NCBI GenBank assembly: GCA_039591615.1
Contig: JBDHDH010000004.1
Location: 1,825 to 65,824, forward strand
Length of the DNA stretch: 64,000 bases
Reading direction: 5' to 3'
Source of the DNA: Gemmatimonadota bacterium
Lineage (GTDB): Bacteria > Gemmatimonadota > Gemmatimonadetes > Gemmatimonadales > GWC2-71-9
Each line of letters begins with the position of its first letter. Position 1 is the first letter of the stretch. Positions 47,955-55,862 of this stretch are shown here, piece after piece. The translations under genes were made by a program, and so were the position numbers. The notes below the pieces were generated by a model. The model saw only the letters and a list, made by a program, of their open reading frames with translations. It did no database searches and was not told where the DNA came from.

Positions 47955-48405
47955 CCCGGCATTCTCGGACGGAGGACCCATCCCCCGGGCACACACGTGC
48001 GACGGCGCAGACCTCTCCCCTCCCCTCACCTGGCGGGATGCCCCAAAAGGAACGAGTGCGTTCGCGCTCGTGGTGGACGACCCCGACGCCCCAGCGGGAA
48101 CCTGGGTCCACTGGGTGGTGTACGGCCTCGACGCGTCGACCACCAACCTGCCCGCTGGCATACCGACGACGCCCGAACTCGAGCAACCCATCGGGGCCAC
48201 GCAAGGCACCAACGATTTCCGGCGGAGCGGGTACGGCGGACCATGCCCGCCACGAGGGCGACCGCATCGATACGTGTTCACGCTGTACGCTCTCGATACG
48301 CGAATCGCGCTCCCACCGGGAGCCACCAAGAACGTGCTCCTGCGTGCCATCAAAGAACACGTTCTGGAAGAGGCAAAGATGATCGGGACGTACGGGAGGG
48401 GATAG
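47938..48405 (+). CDS. YbhB/YbcL family Raf kinase inhibitor-like (PEBP) protein
   Basis: SPPLTW, DPDAP, HWVVY, GYGGPCPP, HRYVFTLYALD. Confidence 0.93.
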   Translation: MFEITSPAFSDGGPIPRAHTCDGADLSPPLTWRDAPKGTSAFALVVDDPDAPAGTWVHWVVYGLDASTTNLPAGIPTTPELEQPIGATQGTNDFRRSGYGGPCPPRGRPHRYVFTLYALDTRIALPPGATKNVLLRAIKEHVLEEAKMIGTYGRG

Positions 48406-48487
48406 GCCGGTCCCACATGATCGCTTGACGGTGGAACGGCATAGCGGGACCCCCATCCACCCCACGGGCCACCCCCCGTACCGACAC

Positions 48488-48952
48488 TCACCGATACTCG
48501 ACATCCGTCGAGATGTCTACGCAGCCGCCGATACTCCGCGCCACGGGACAGGCCCCGGCGTGGACCGCCAGCACGCGTTCCACCGTTTGGCGCGCCTCGC
48601 CGGGAACCTCCAGCTCATACCGGACATGGATGCGCCGGATCACCAGAACGCCTTCCTCTTTCTCGATCTCACCGGTAACGTGGCCAACGAGGTGTTCCGG
48701 CTCGACCGCGACCCCGCGCGCTGCCAGCGCGCCAGCAAAGGTGCCGGTGAGTCAGCCGCCGGCCGCCGCCACCACATAGTCCAGGGTCGTCGCATGCGGG
48801 TCCTCCTCGCTCATATCGACGCCGTAGTGCTCGGCGACGGCTCCGTGAACGCCGAACGACACTGGCTTCGGCTCCGCCGGGATCATTGCACGGCGCAGCG
48901 GTCCGCCAATACGCTGAATCGTGGCCCGGGACGTGTAAACGACATCTGACAT
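48488..48952 (-). CDS. OsmC/Ohr-like peroxiredoxin-fold protein, probable selenoprotein (Sec at codon 67, TGA 48752-48754)
   Basis: SD GAGGGAGG + ATG 48952; ...TTLDYVVAAAGG-TGA-LTGTFAGAL... continues in frame 87 codons to HAGACPVARSI...EYR*; SECIS-like hairpin after the TGA. Confidence 0.82.
48701..48751 (-). promoter_or_regulatory. Bacterial SECIS-like stem-loop immediately 3' of the in-frame UGA
   Basis: ctcaccggcacctttgctg-GCGCGCT-ggc-AGCGCGC-ggggtcgcggtcgag; apical loop starts with G 27 nt after UGA. Confidence 0.7.
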
Positions 48953-48980
48953 CGGTCTGCCTCCCTCGCGAGTCGCCAGC

Positions 48981-50015
48981 ATGAACAGTCTGTACCTGAT
49001 TCTCCTCGTCTCCGCCACCGCGCAGGTGCAAAACCTTACCTGGGCAACCGCACCTCCGCTACCCGAGCCACGCGCCAACAATGCCGTGGCCGCCGTCACC
49101 ACGTCTCGGGGCCCAGCGGTGTTTTCCTTCCTGGGTCTCGACACCACCAAGGCATGGAACGGGGTTCGGAGCGAGGCCTACCGTTGGGACGTCGGAGGAG
49201 CCTCGTGGCGCACTGTGGCGCCGGTGCCCGGCCCGGGGCGCCTGGCGGCGACGGCGCAGGCCGTGCGCGGGAAGATCTACCTCTTCGGAGGCTACACCGT
49301 CGGGCGTGATGGCGCCGAGAAGTCTCTGCCGAACGTCGACATCTACGATCCCGAGAGTGATGCCTGGCATCGAGGAGCTCCTATCCCGGTTCCGACCGAC
49401 GACGCGGTTTCCGGGGTTTGGCGGGACTCACTCATCGTTCTGGTGTCGGGATGGCACGATCGGGACAACGTGGCCGACGTCCAGGTCTACGACCCCTCGA
49501 CGGATCGGTGGCGTCGGGCCGACCCCATCCCAGGCCCCCCCGTGTTCGGTCACGCCGGTGCCGTCGCCGGAGACGTGATCGTGTACATCGACGGCGTCCG
49601 AACCAGCGCCAGGCGTCCGCGCTTCGGTATCGAGGGCTCGTCATGGCTCGGCGCCATCGACCCGGACGACCCTCCAAACATCCGTTGGGGACGCCTGCCA
49701 CCGCATCCCGGGCCCCCGCTCTATCGCGCTGCCGCCGGCGCAGCCGGCCGATGGATCCTCTTCGCAGGAGGAACGGACAACCCGTACAACTTCAATGGCG
49801 TAGGATATGACGGCCAGCCGTCCGAACCCCGATCCGAAGTCTTTGCGTTCGATACGCTCCTACGTAGCTGGGCCAGACTACCGGACCTGCCGGTCGCCAC
49901 GATGGACCACCGCGGGATCGTGCTGGCCGAAGGGACGCTCGTGATCGTAGGCGGCATGATCGGCAACCAACGGGTGACCGATCGCGTGGCGACCGCACGT
50001 TGGCAGGAACCCTAG
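48981..50015 (+). CDS. Secreted Kelch-repeat beta-propeller protein
   Basis: Signal peptide; repeated GG...YDP...W units (IYLFGG, YDPESDAW, YDPSTDRW, LFAGG, IVGG). Confidence 0.88.
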   Translation: MNSLYLILLVSATAQVQNLTWATAPPLPEPRANNAVAAVTTSRGPAVFSFLGLDTTKAWNGVRSEAYRWDVGGASWRTVAPVPGPGRLAATAQAVRGKIYLFGGYTVGRDGAEKSLPNVDIYDPESDAWHRGAPIPVPTDDAVSGVWRDSLIVLVSGWHDRDNVADVQVYDPSTDRWRRADPIPGPPVFGHAGAVAGDVIVYIDGVRTSARRPRFGIEGSSWLGAIDPDDPPNIRWGRLPPHPGPPLYRAAAGAAGRWILFAGGTDNPYNFNGVGYDGQPSEPRSEVFAFDTLLRSWARLPDLPVATMDHRGIVLAEGTLVIVGGMIGNQRVTDRVATARWQEP

Positions 50016-50042
50016 CGACGCCGCGCGGGCGTCCCTAGGGTT
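50008..50042. terminator. Hairpin between convergent Kelch gene and pntB
   Basis: aaccctag-c-gacgcc-gcgcg-ggcgtc-c-ctagggtt. Confidence 0.6.
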
Positions 50043-50047
50043 GTTCG

Positions 50048-51433
50048 TTAGAGCGCCTTCACTTCCTCTATGAGGTTCTTGACCGAGCTCTTGGCGTCAC
50101 CGAACAACATCGACGTCTTGGGATCGAAGAAGAGCGGGTTGTCGATTCCCGCGAATCCCGGCCGCATGCTCCGCTTCAGCACGATGACATTGTCGGACTT
50201 GTCGACGTCCAAGATCGGCATACCGGAGAGCTCACTCCCCGGAGTGCGGGCTGAAGGGTTCACGACGTCGTTCGCCCCGATGACCACGGATACGTCGGTC
50301 CGGGAGAACTCGGGATTGATCTCGTCCATATCGTACAGCTTGTCATACGGGACGTCTGCCTCTGCGAGCAGCACATTCATGTGCCCGGGCATGCGGCCGG
50401 CGACGGGATGGATGGCATACTTCACCTCGACCCCACGGCCCTCTAGTATGTCAGCCAGTTCCCGGACTTCGTGTTGCGCCTGCGCTACCGCTAGACCGTA
50501 CCCTGGGCAGAAGACGACGAGGCGGGCATAGGCCAGCATCATGGCGCCGTCCTCCGCGGTGATCGAGCGAACGCCTCTTCCCTCGATCCCAACAGGGCCC
50601 AGCGCCGCCGTTGCGTGCGCGCCGAACGCTCCGAACAGTACGTTGGCCAACGACCGATTCATCGCCTTGCACATGATGTTCGTGAGGATGAGTCCCGATG
50701 CACCGACCAGGGCGCCGCTGATGATCAATCCCTCGTTGCTAATCACGAAACCGGTCGTCGCTGCCGCGATACCCGAATAGGAGTTGAGCAGCGAGATCAC
50801 AACCGGCATGTCCGCACCGCCGATGGGAATCACCGAGAGAATCCCCAAAACCAGGGCCGCGGCCACGAGAATGCCGAGGGCGAGCGTACTGGATGGCTGC
50901 AGGACGACCCAGATCCCCACGGCGAGGATTCCCGCGAACAGGAAGCCGTTGAAGGTCTTCTGCAGTGGGTACGTGACGGCGCGGCCCGTTACGAGCTCCT
51001 GGAGCTTGCCGAACGCGATCACGCTTCCCGAAAATGTGACCGAGCCAATCAATACGCTCAACGGGATGGTGACAGCGACGTTGAGGGGTATGATCGCACC
51101 TGCCTGCAACGAGCGCAGGAGCTCCGCACTAGCCACCAGCGCCGAGGCGCCACCACCGAAGCCATTGAGCAGGGCCACCATCTGCGGCATGGCTGTCATC
51201 TCCACCATGCGGGCGAAGGTTGCACCGATGGCCGAGCCAACGACGATGCCGATGATGATCATTGGCCAAGTGAGAATGCCACCGAACGCGAGCGTCGTGA
51301 CGATGGCGATGAGCATCCCGAACGACGCCAGCCAGTTCCCGGATCGTGCAGTAGCCGGGGAGCTCAGGCGCTTGAGTCCTAAGATGAACAGGACCGCCGC
51401 AAGCAGATAGGCGAGCTTTGCAAGTCCTGCCAT
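50048..51433 (-). CDS. pntB: NAD(P) transhydrogenase subunit beta
   Basis: MTAMPQMVA, IGGADMPVVISLLNSYSG, PGYGLAVAQAQ, HPVAGRMPGHMNVLLAEA, IGANDVVNP. Confidence 0.97.
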   Translation of the reverse strand: MAGLAKLAYLLAAVLFILGLKRLSSPATARSGNWLASFGMLIAIVTTLAFGGILTWPMIIIGIVVGSAIGATFARMVEMTAMPQMVALLNGFGGGASALVASAELLRSLQAGAIIPLNVAVTIPLSVLIGSVTFSGSVIAFGKLQELVTGRAVTYPLQKTFNGFLFAGILAVGIWVVLQPSSTLALGILVAAALVLGILSVIPIGGADMPVVISLLNSYSGIAAATTGFVISNEGLIISGALVGASGLILTNIMCKAMNRSLANVLFGAFGAHATAALGPVGIEGRGVRSITAEDGAMMLAYARLVVFCPGYGLAVAQAQHEVRELADILEGRGVEVKYAIHPVAGRMPGHMNVLLAEADVPYDKLYDMDEINPEFSRTDVSVVIGANDVVNPSARTPGSELSGMPILDVDKSDNVIVLKRSMRPGFAGIDNPLFFDPKTSMLFGDAKSSVKNLIEEVKAL

Positions 51434-51729
51434 TACCGTTGCTCCTTCTTATCACGCCTGAACATCCGCAACATGCGATCGGTGACCAAGAACCCGCCCA
51501 CGACGTTGATCATGGCAAACACGACAGCGACGAGACCCAGAATGGATGCCGCGCGACTCTGCCCCCGCCCCGCCATTACGAGCGCACCGATGATGGTGAT
51601 TCCCGATATGGCATTGGAACCCGACATCAATGGCGTGTGGAGCGTCGGTGGAACCTTCGTAATGACTTCGAACCCGACAAACATCGCCAGGACGAAGATG
51701 ACGAGCAGACCAACCAGTTCCTCAATCAT
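51433..51729 (-). CDS. pntAB: NAD(P) transhydrogenase subunit alpha, membrane part (alpha2)
   Basis: VPPTLHTPLMSGSNAISG, GGFLVTDRMLRMF. Confidence 0.95.
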   Translation of the reverse strand: MIEELVGLLVIFVLAMFVGFEVITKVPPTLHTPLMSGSNAISGITIIGALVMAGRGQSRAASILGLVAVVFAMINVVGGFLVTDRMLRMFRRDKKEQR

Positions 51730-52880
51730 CCGCTGCTTCCTCCTGGGAGCGCCCGCTGGGTGGCTTCGTGGACGACCTGTCCTCCGTGGGTGATACAGGT
51801 GCCGCCAATGATCTCATCTTCGAAGTCGAGACTGAGCGCACCCTCTTTGATGAGGGTCTTTACGAATGCCGACATGTTCCGCGCGTACATCTGGCTGGCG
51901 TGGGTGGGCATGCTGGCCGGGACATTCAGCGGCGCCAGAACCGTCACACCATGGCGGAAAACGTCCTTCCCCGCCTCGGTGACCGCACAGTTCCCGCCCG
52001 CTTCGCTCGCAAGATCCACGATCACCGCGCCGGGCTTCATGTCACGCATCATCTCTTCCGTGATGAGCAGGGGGGCGGGTTTGCCGGGGATCAGGGCGGT
52101 AGTGATCACCACGTCGACGTTTCGAACGTGCTGATGGATGAGCTGCAGCTCCTGCTCGTGTTGCTCTTCGGAGAGCTGTTTCGCATATCCTCCAGCCGTC
52201 TCCGCGTCGGTGGCGACCGCCTCCGGTGCGATGAACTTCGCACCGAGACTCTCTACCTGTTCTTGCACCGCAGGACGCACGTCGAAGGCCTCGACGATGG
52301 CGCCGAGCCGGCGGGCGGTCGCGATGGCCTGGAGTCCGGCGACCCCCGCACCCAAGATCAGCACGCGAGCCGGTGGGATCGTCCCCGCCGCTGTGGTCAG
52401 CATGGGGAAGAATCGGCCCATGGCGGTCGCCGCCAGCAGCACCGATTTGTAGCCCGCCACCGTGCTCATGGACGAGAGGGCATCCATCGACTGTGCCCGG
52501 GTGATCCGGGGCAAGGCGTCGAGGCTGAACGCGGTGACCTTGCGTCGTGCGAGCTCGGAGACGAGCTCGTGATTGACCAGCGGTTGCAGCAGGGCGACGA
52601 GGACGACGCCTTCCCGCAAGAGCGCGAGCTCGTCACGCCCGCCCTCGTTCCGCGGGCACTGGACCTTGGCAACGACGTCCGCTTCTCGCCACAACGCTGC
52701 CGCATCCACCAGAGTGGCGCCGGCAGCCGCATACTCCTCGTCCGAGAACGCCGCCGCGAGCCCGGCGCCTCGCTCGACCCGGATTTCGACTCGGTCGCCG
52801 GCAAGACGCTTGGCCACGTCCGGAACGAGCGCCACGCGGCGTTCGCCCGGCATGCTCTCCTTCGCAACAGCAATGATCAC
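51726..52880 (-). CDS. pntAA: NAD(P) transhydrogenase subunit alpha, soluble part (alpha1)
   Basis: ERRVALVP, PRITRAQSMDALSSM, GAGVAGLQAIATARRLGA, TTALIPG, GGNC. Confidence 0.96.
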   Translation of the reverse strand: MIIAVAKESMPGERRVALVPDVAKRLAGDRVEIRVERGAGLAAAFSDEEYAAAGATLVDAAALWREADVVAKVQCPRNEGGRDELALLREGVVLVALLQPLVNHELVSELARRKVTAFSLDALPRITRAQSMDALSSMSTVAGYKSVLLAATAMGRFFPMLTTAAGTIPPARVLILGAGVAGLQAIATARRLGAIVEAFDVRPAVQEQVESLGAKFIAPEAVATDAETAGGYAKQLSEEQHEQELQLIHQHVRNVDVVITTALIPGKPAPLLITEEMMRDMKPGAVIVDLASEAGGNCAVTEAGKDVFRHGVTVLAPLNVPASMPTHASQMYARNMSAFVKTLIKEGALSLDFEDEIIGGTCITHGGQVVHEATQRALPGGSSG

Positions 52881-52925
52881 GAACAGCTCCTGAGGGAAGT
52901 GAATGACTCGTAACGGAAGACCCCG

Positions 52926-54026
52926 CTACCCCGCGTCGTATTCCAGCAATCGGCGAAGCTCTGAAGGAACGTGAGGACCGAACACCTCGTCCCGTGGAAC
53001 GGTGAAGACGCGCACCGGCGGCCCGGGAGCGCCACGGGGACCCTCGGAACCAGCGCCGCCGTCGGGACCGCGGGCCCCGTCCGCGCCGGCGGTGCAGCGC
53101 CGCGCATCTCCCTGAACCGCGCCGCCGGCACCACCCGCGCCACCCTTCCCAGGTTTCCCTCCAGGGCCGCCTTCACCGCCTGGTGTCCGCACTTCAATCA
53201 TACCGGCCAACAGCGGCTGCTCCTCGGGGACCACCAGCGTAACCTCTCCCCCGGGGCCTCCGGACCCGCCGGCCCCGCCATTGCCCCCCGCACCACCCGC
53301 GCCGCCGGGCCCGCCCGGGCAACCGGGCTCGCCTGCCGCTCCGAGCTTGCCGTCTGTCCCGTTGGATCCCGGTCCCCCCCGACCACCGCGGGACTCGAGC
53401 ACGACCCAATCTGCTGGGGGGATCAGATCGGCGTCCGCCATCACGTACACCGGCGGTGCGGCATTCACCGAGATCTCGGCAACCAAGAGCCGGTCATAGA
53501 AAGGTGATCGGACGATATCGAGACGAGCCACCACGTCGGGCCCCGGCCCCCCGCCTCGCCCCCCATCCCCTCCCGGTGTGCCCTCGAAGGCGAAGACATG
53601 GGCCATGCACGAGTACTCCGGCTCCACGACCTCAAACGTATTGACGGACGGCTTGTCCCGCAGAAACGCACTGAGCCTGAACCCGTCGTTGGCGCTCAGC
53701 AGCGGATCGGGATAGGTGCCCCAGTGCCCGTTCTCCCTCGGAGCGGCTTCACCGCTCGTAAAGCGGAGGAACACCACATGGAGTGGTGGCGGACTGTTCT
53801 TGTCGTATTTCGTGGAGAAGGGAAGCACACTTCCATCATCGAGAACGGCCTCGTAGCTGGCCTCAATGCGTCCTCCGGGACACACCCGCTCCGGCCACGT
53901 GCGCATGCGGATATCAGTGATCCGGCCGAGCAAGAGGGGATCCGGCGCAAGATCCGGGGGCGGCTTTTGCGCACACCCTGCAAGCAAGAGGACGCCGAGC
54001 ACGCCGCTCACATGCCACCCACGCAT
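52926..54026 (-). CDS. Hypothetical lipoprotein with glycine-rich (GGX/GXX) repeats
   Basis: Lipobox LLAGC; GGRGGPGSNGTDG...GGPGGAGGAGGNGGAGGSGGPGG blocks; start ATG 54026 or 54077. Confidence 0.7.
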   Translation of the reverse strand: MRGWHVSGVLGVLLLAGCAQKPPPDLAPDPLLLGRITDIRMRTWPERVCPGGRIEASYEAVLDDGSVLPFSTKYDKNSPPPLHVVFLRFTSGEAAPRENGHWGTYPDPLLSANDGFRLSAFLRDKPSVNTFEVVEPEYSCMAHVFAFEGTPGGDGGRGGGPGPDVVARLDIVRSPFYDRLLVAEISVNAAPPVYVMADADLIPPADWVVLESRGGRGGPGSNGTDGKLGAAGEPGCPGGPGGAGGAGGNGGAGGSGGPGGEVTLVVPEEQPLLAGMIEVRTPGGEGGPGGKPGKGGAGGAGGAVQGDARRCTAGADGARGPDGGAGSEGPRGAPGPPVRVFTVPRDEVFGPHVPSELRRLLEYDAG

Positions 54027-54144
54027 GCTCCGCACTCGCAGCACTGGAAGGACGTTTGGCACCTGCCACCCCCTCATCGCTTGGCGAGTCTCTCCCACTC
54101 CCACGGCCCCGACACCCATCATACCGCTCCACGCCCTTTCGCTC

Positions 54145-55179
54145 TCATCCCCCCCTCGTATGCATCTCTCGATGCGGATCACGCCGCAGGGCTTCGACCT
54201 GGTAGAGTGGGGAGCGAACCGGTGACCGCAACCGCTCTTCTGCGCCACGATCCGTGCGTTGCCTCCACCGGTCGCTGATGAGGCGGGCCAGCTCGGCGTC
54301 GGTGGCGCCGGCCCGCAGCGGTTGGCGGAGATCGAGCCCCGTGTCGGCGTACAGACACAGCAGCCATTTTCCGTCGGCCGTCAACCGACTTCGGTCGCAG
54401 TTGCGACAAAAAGGCTCCGTCGTCGACGCAATGACACCAAAGGTCGTCCCGTCGGGGAGTGCGAATCGATCTGCCGGAGCGCGCTGCTGGGTCGCGTTGG
54501 CTGGCAGCACCGGCTCAGCGTGGCCAAAGCGGCGCTCCACCACGCTCACGATCTCGCGTTTGGGAACCACGGCATCCATGGACCACCGGGTTGCACCCCC
54601 GACATCCATGTACTCGATGAACCGCACCTCCGCCTCATTTGCCCGGGCGAAGTCGATCATGTCGACGATCTCGTCGTCGTTGAAACCCCTGACGACCACG
54701 GTGTTGATCTTGGTCTCACGGAAGCCGACGGCGTGGGCGCGACGCAGTCCCTCCAACACGTCATCGTGCCGCCTGCTTCGGGTGAGCGCCTCGAAGCGCT
54801 CCGGCCGCAGACTGTCCAAGCTCAGCGTGATGCGGTGGAGGCCCGCGTGCCGCAGCGAGCGGACCATCCCGCCGAGCAATATGCCGTTAGTGGTCAACGA
54901 CAGGTCGCGCACCTGCGGGTCGCCTGCGAGCAACTGGACCAGCTCCGGGAGATCCTGACGCAGCAGCGGCTCGCCGCCCGTAATCCGGACTTTCGAGACG
55001 CCAAGCGAAGCAAACACGCCCCCGAGGCGCTGGATCTCCTCGTACGTCAGAATGGACTGCCGGGGGAGCCAGATGTACTCGTCCTCCGGCATACAATAAG
55101 TGCACCGGAGGTTGCAACGATCGGTAACCGAGACGCGGAGGCTTGCCAGCGGGCGATGTAGGGTGTCGCGAATATCCAC
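54145..55179 (-). CDS. moaA: GTP 3',8-cyclase (molybdenum cofactor biosynthesis)
   Basis: LRVSVTDRCNLRCTYCMP, ITGGEPL, RFIEYM, FCRNCDR.RLTADG...CLY, C-terminal GG; start GTG 55179. Confidence 0.96.
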   Translation of the reverse strand: MDIRDTLHRPLASLRVSVTDRCNLRCTYCMPEDEYIWLPRQSILTYEEIQRLGGVFASLGVSKVRITGGEPLLRQDLPELVQLLAGDPQVRDLSLTTNGILLGGMVRSLRHAGLHRITLSLDSLRPERFEALTRSRRHDDVLEGLRRAHAVGFRETKINTVVVRGFNDDEIVDMIDFARANEAEVRFIEYMDVGGATRWSMDAVVPKREIVSVVERRFGHAEPVLPANATQQRAPADRFALPDGTTFGVIASTTEPFCRNCDRSRLTADGKWLLCLYADTGLDLRQPLRAGATDAELARLISDRWRQRTDRGAEERLRSPVRSPLYQVEALRRDPHREMHTRGG

Positions 55180-55400
55180 GTGGCTACGGCGTTGAGGGCG
55201 ATGGGTCAGATCGACCGGGCCGCCGCTCGGGTCGCCGTGGCCTGGCGAGCACGAGGTGGCCGACCGGTCTAATTCGTCGGTCGTAACCATAACCAGCGAG
55301 GGCTCTTAGGGGCAAGCGGCAGGCCCTCGGGCGCCTTGCGACGCGGCGAGTCACCGGTATCTTACCCCTTCCCTCCGGAAACTCCGCCGAGGCGTCGCGC

Positions 55401-55862
55401 ATGACCAAAGTGACTCTCACGCTCAACGGGGTCGAACGCAGCGACGATATCGAACCCCGCCTTCTCCTCGTGCAATACGTCCGTGAGGTCGCCGGCCTCA
55501 CGGGGACCCACATCGGATGTGAGACGAGTATCTGCGGCGCTTGCACCGTCCTCGTCGACCGCCGCGCGGTCAAGTCATGCACCCAATTCGCCGTCCAAGC
55601 CGAGGGCAAGGCCGTCACTACCATCGAGGGCCTCGGGACCGACGGGCAACTCCATCCACTCCAGGAGGCATTCTGGTCAGAGCATGCCCTCCAGTGCGGC
55701 TTTTGCACGCCGGGCATGATTCTCACGGCCCACCAGCTACTAGGGGCCAGCAACATGCCCGACGAGGGAGAGATTCGTCACGCCCTCGAGGGCAACCTCT
55801 GTCGGTGTACCGGCTACCACAACATCGTTCGTGCCATCCAAGCGGCCGCGCGACCGAACTGA
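55401..55862 (+). CDS. Molybdenum hydroxylase small (2Fe-2S) subunit, CoxS-like
   Basis: [30 protein letters not shown]. Confidence 0.95.
   Translation: MTKVTLTLNGVERSDDIEPRLLLVQYVREVAGLTGTHIGCETSICGACTVLVDRRAVKSCTQFAVQAEGKAVTTIEGLGTDGQLHPLQEAFWSEHALQCGFCTPGMILTAHQLLGASNMPDEGEIRHALEGNLCRCTGYHNIVRAIQAAARPN

Noticed and set aside
48425-48949. 174-aa plus-strand ORF
   Set aside because: Antisense shadow of the OsmC-like selenoprotein gene; no recognisable motifs
48752-49150. 132-aa ORF ending at TGA 48752, or a pseudogene call
   Set aside because: Real start is ATG 48952 with SD; the TGA aligns to the catalytic Cys and the frame continues, so recoding is favoured
55180-55400. Possible Moco riboswitch upstream of moaA (CCUAAG...UAUGG-like words, cgagggc/gccctcg stem)
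   Set aside because: Lacks the 3' GCCUCC...GAAAGG elements next to the start codon; not supportable without a covariance search
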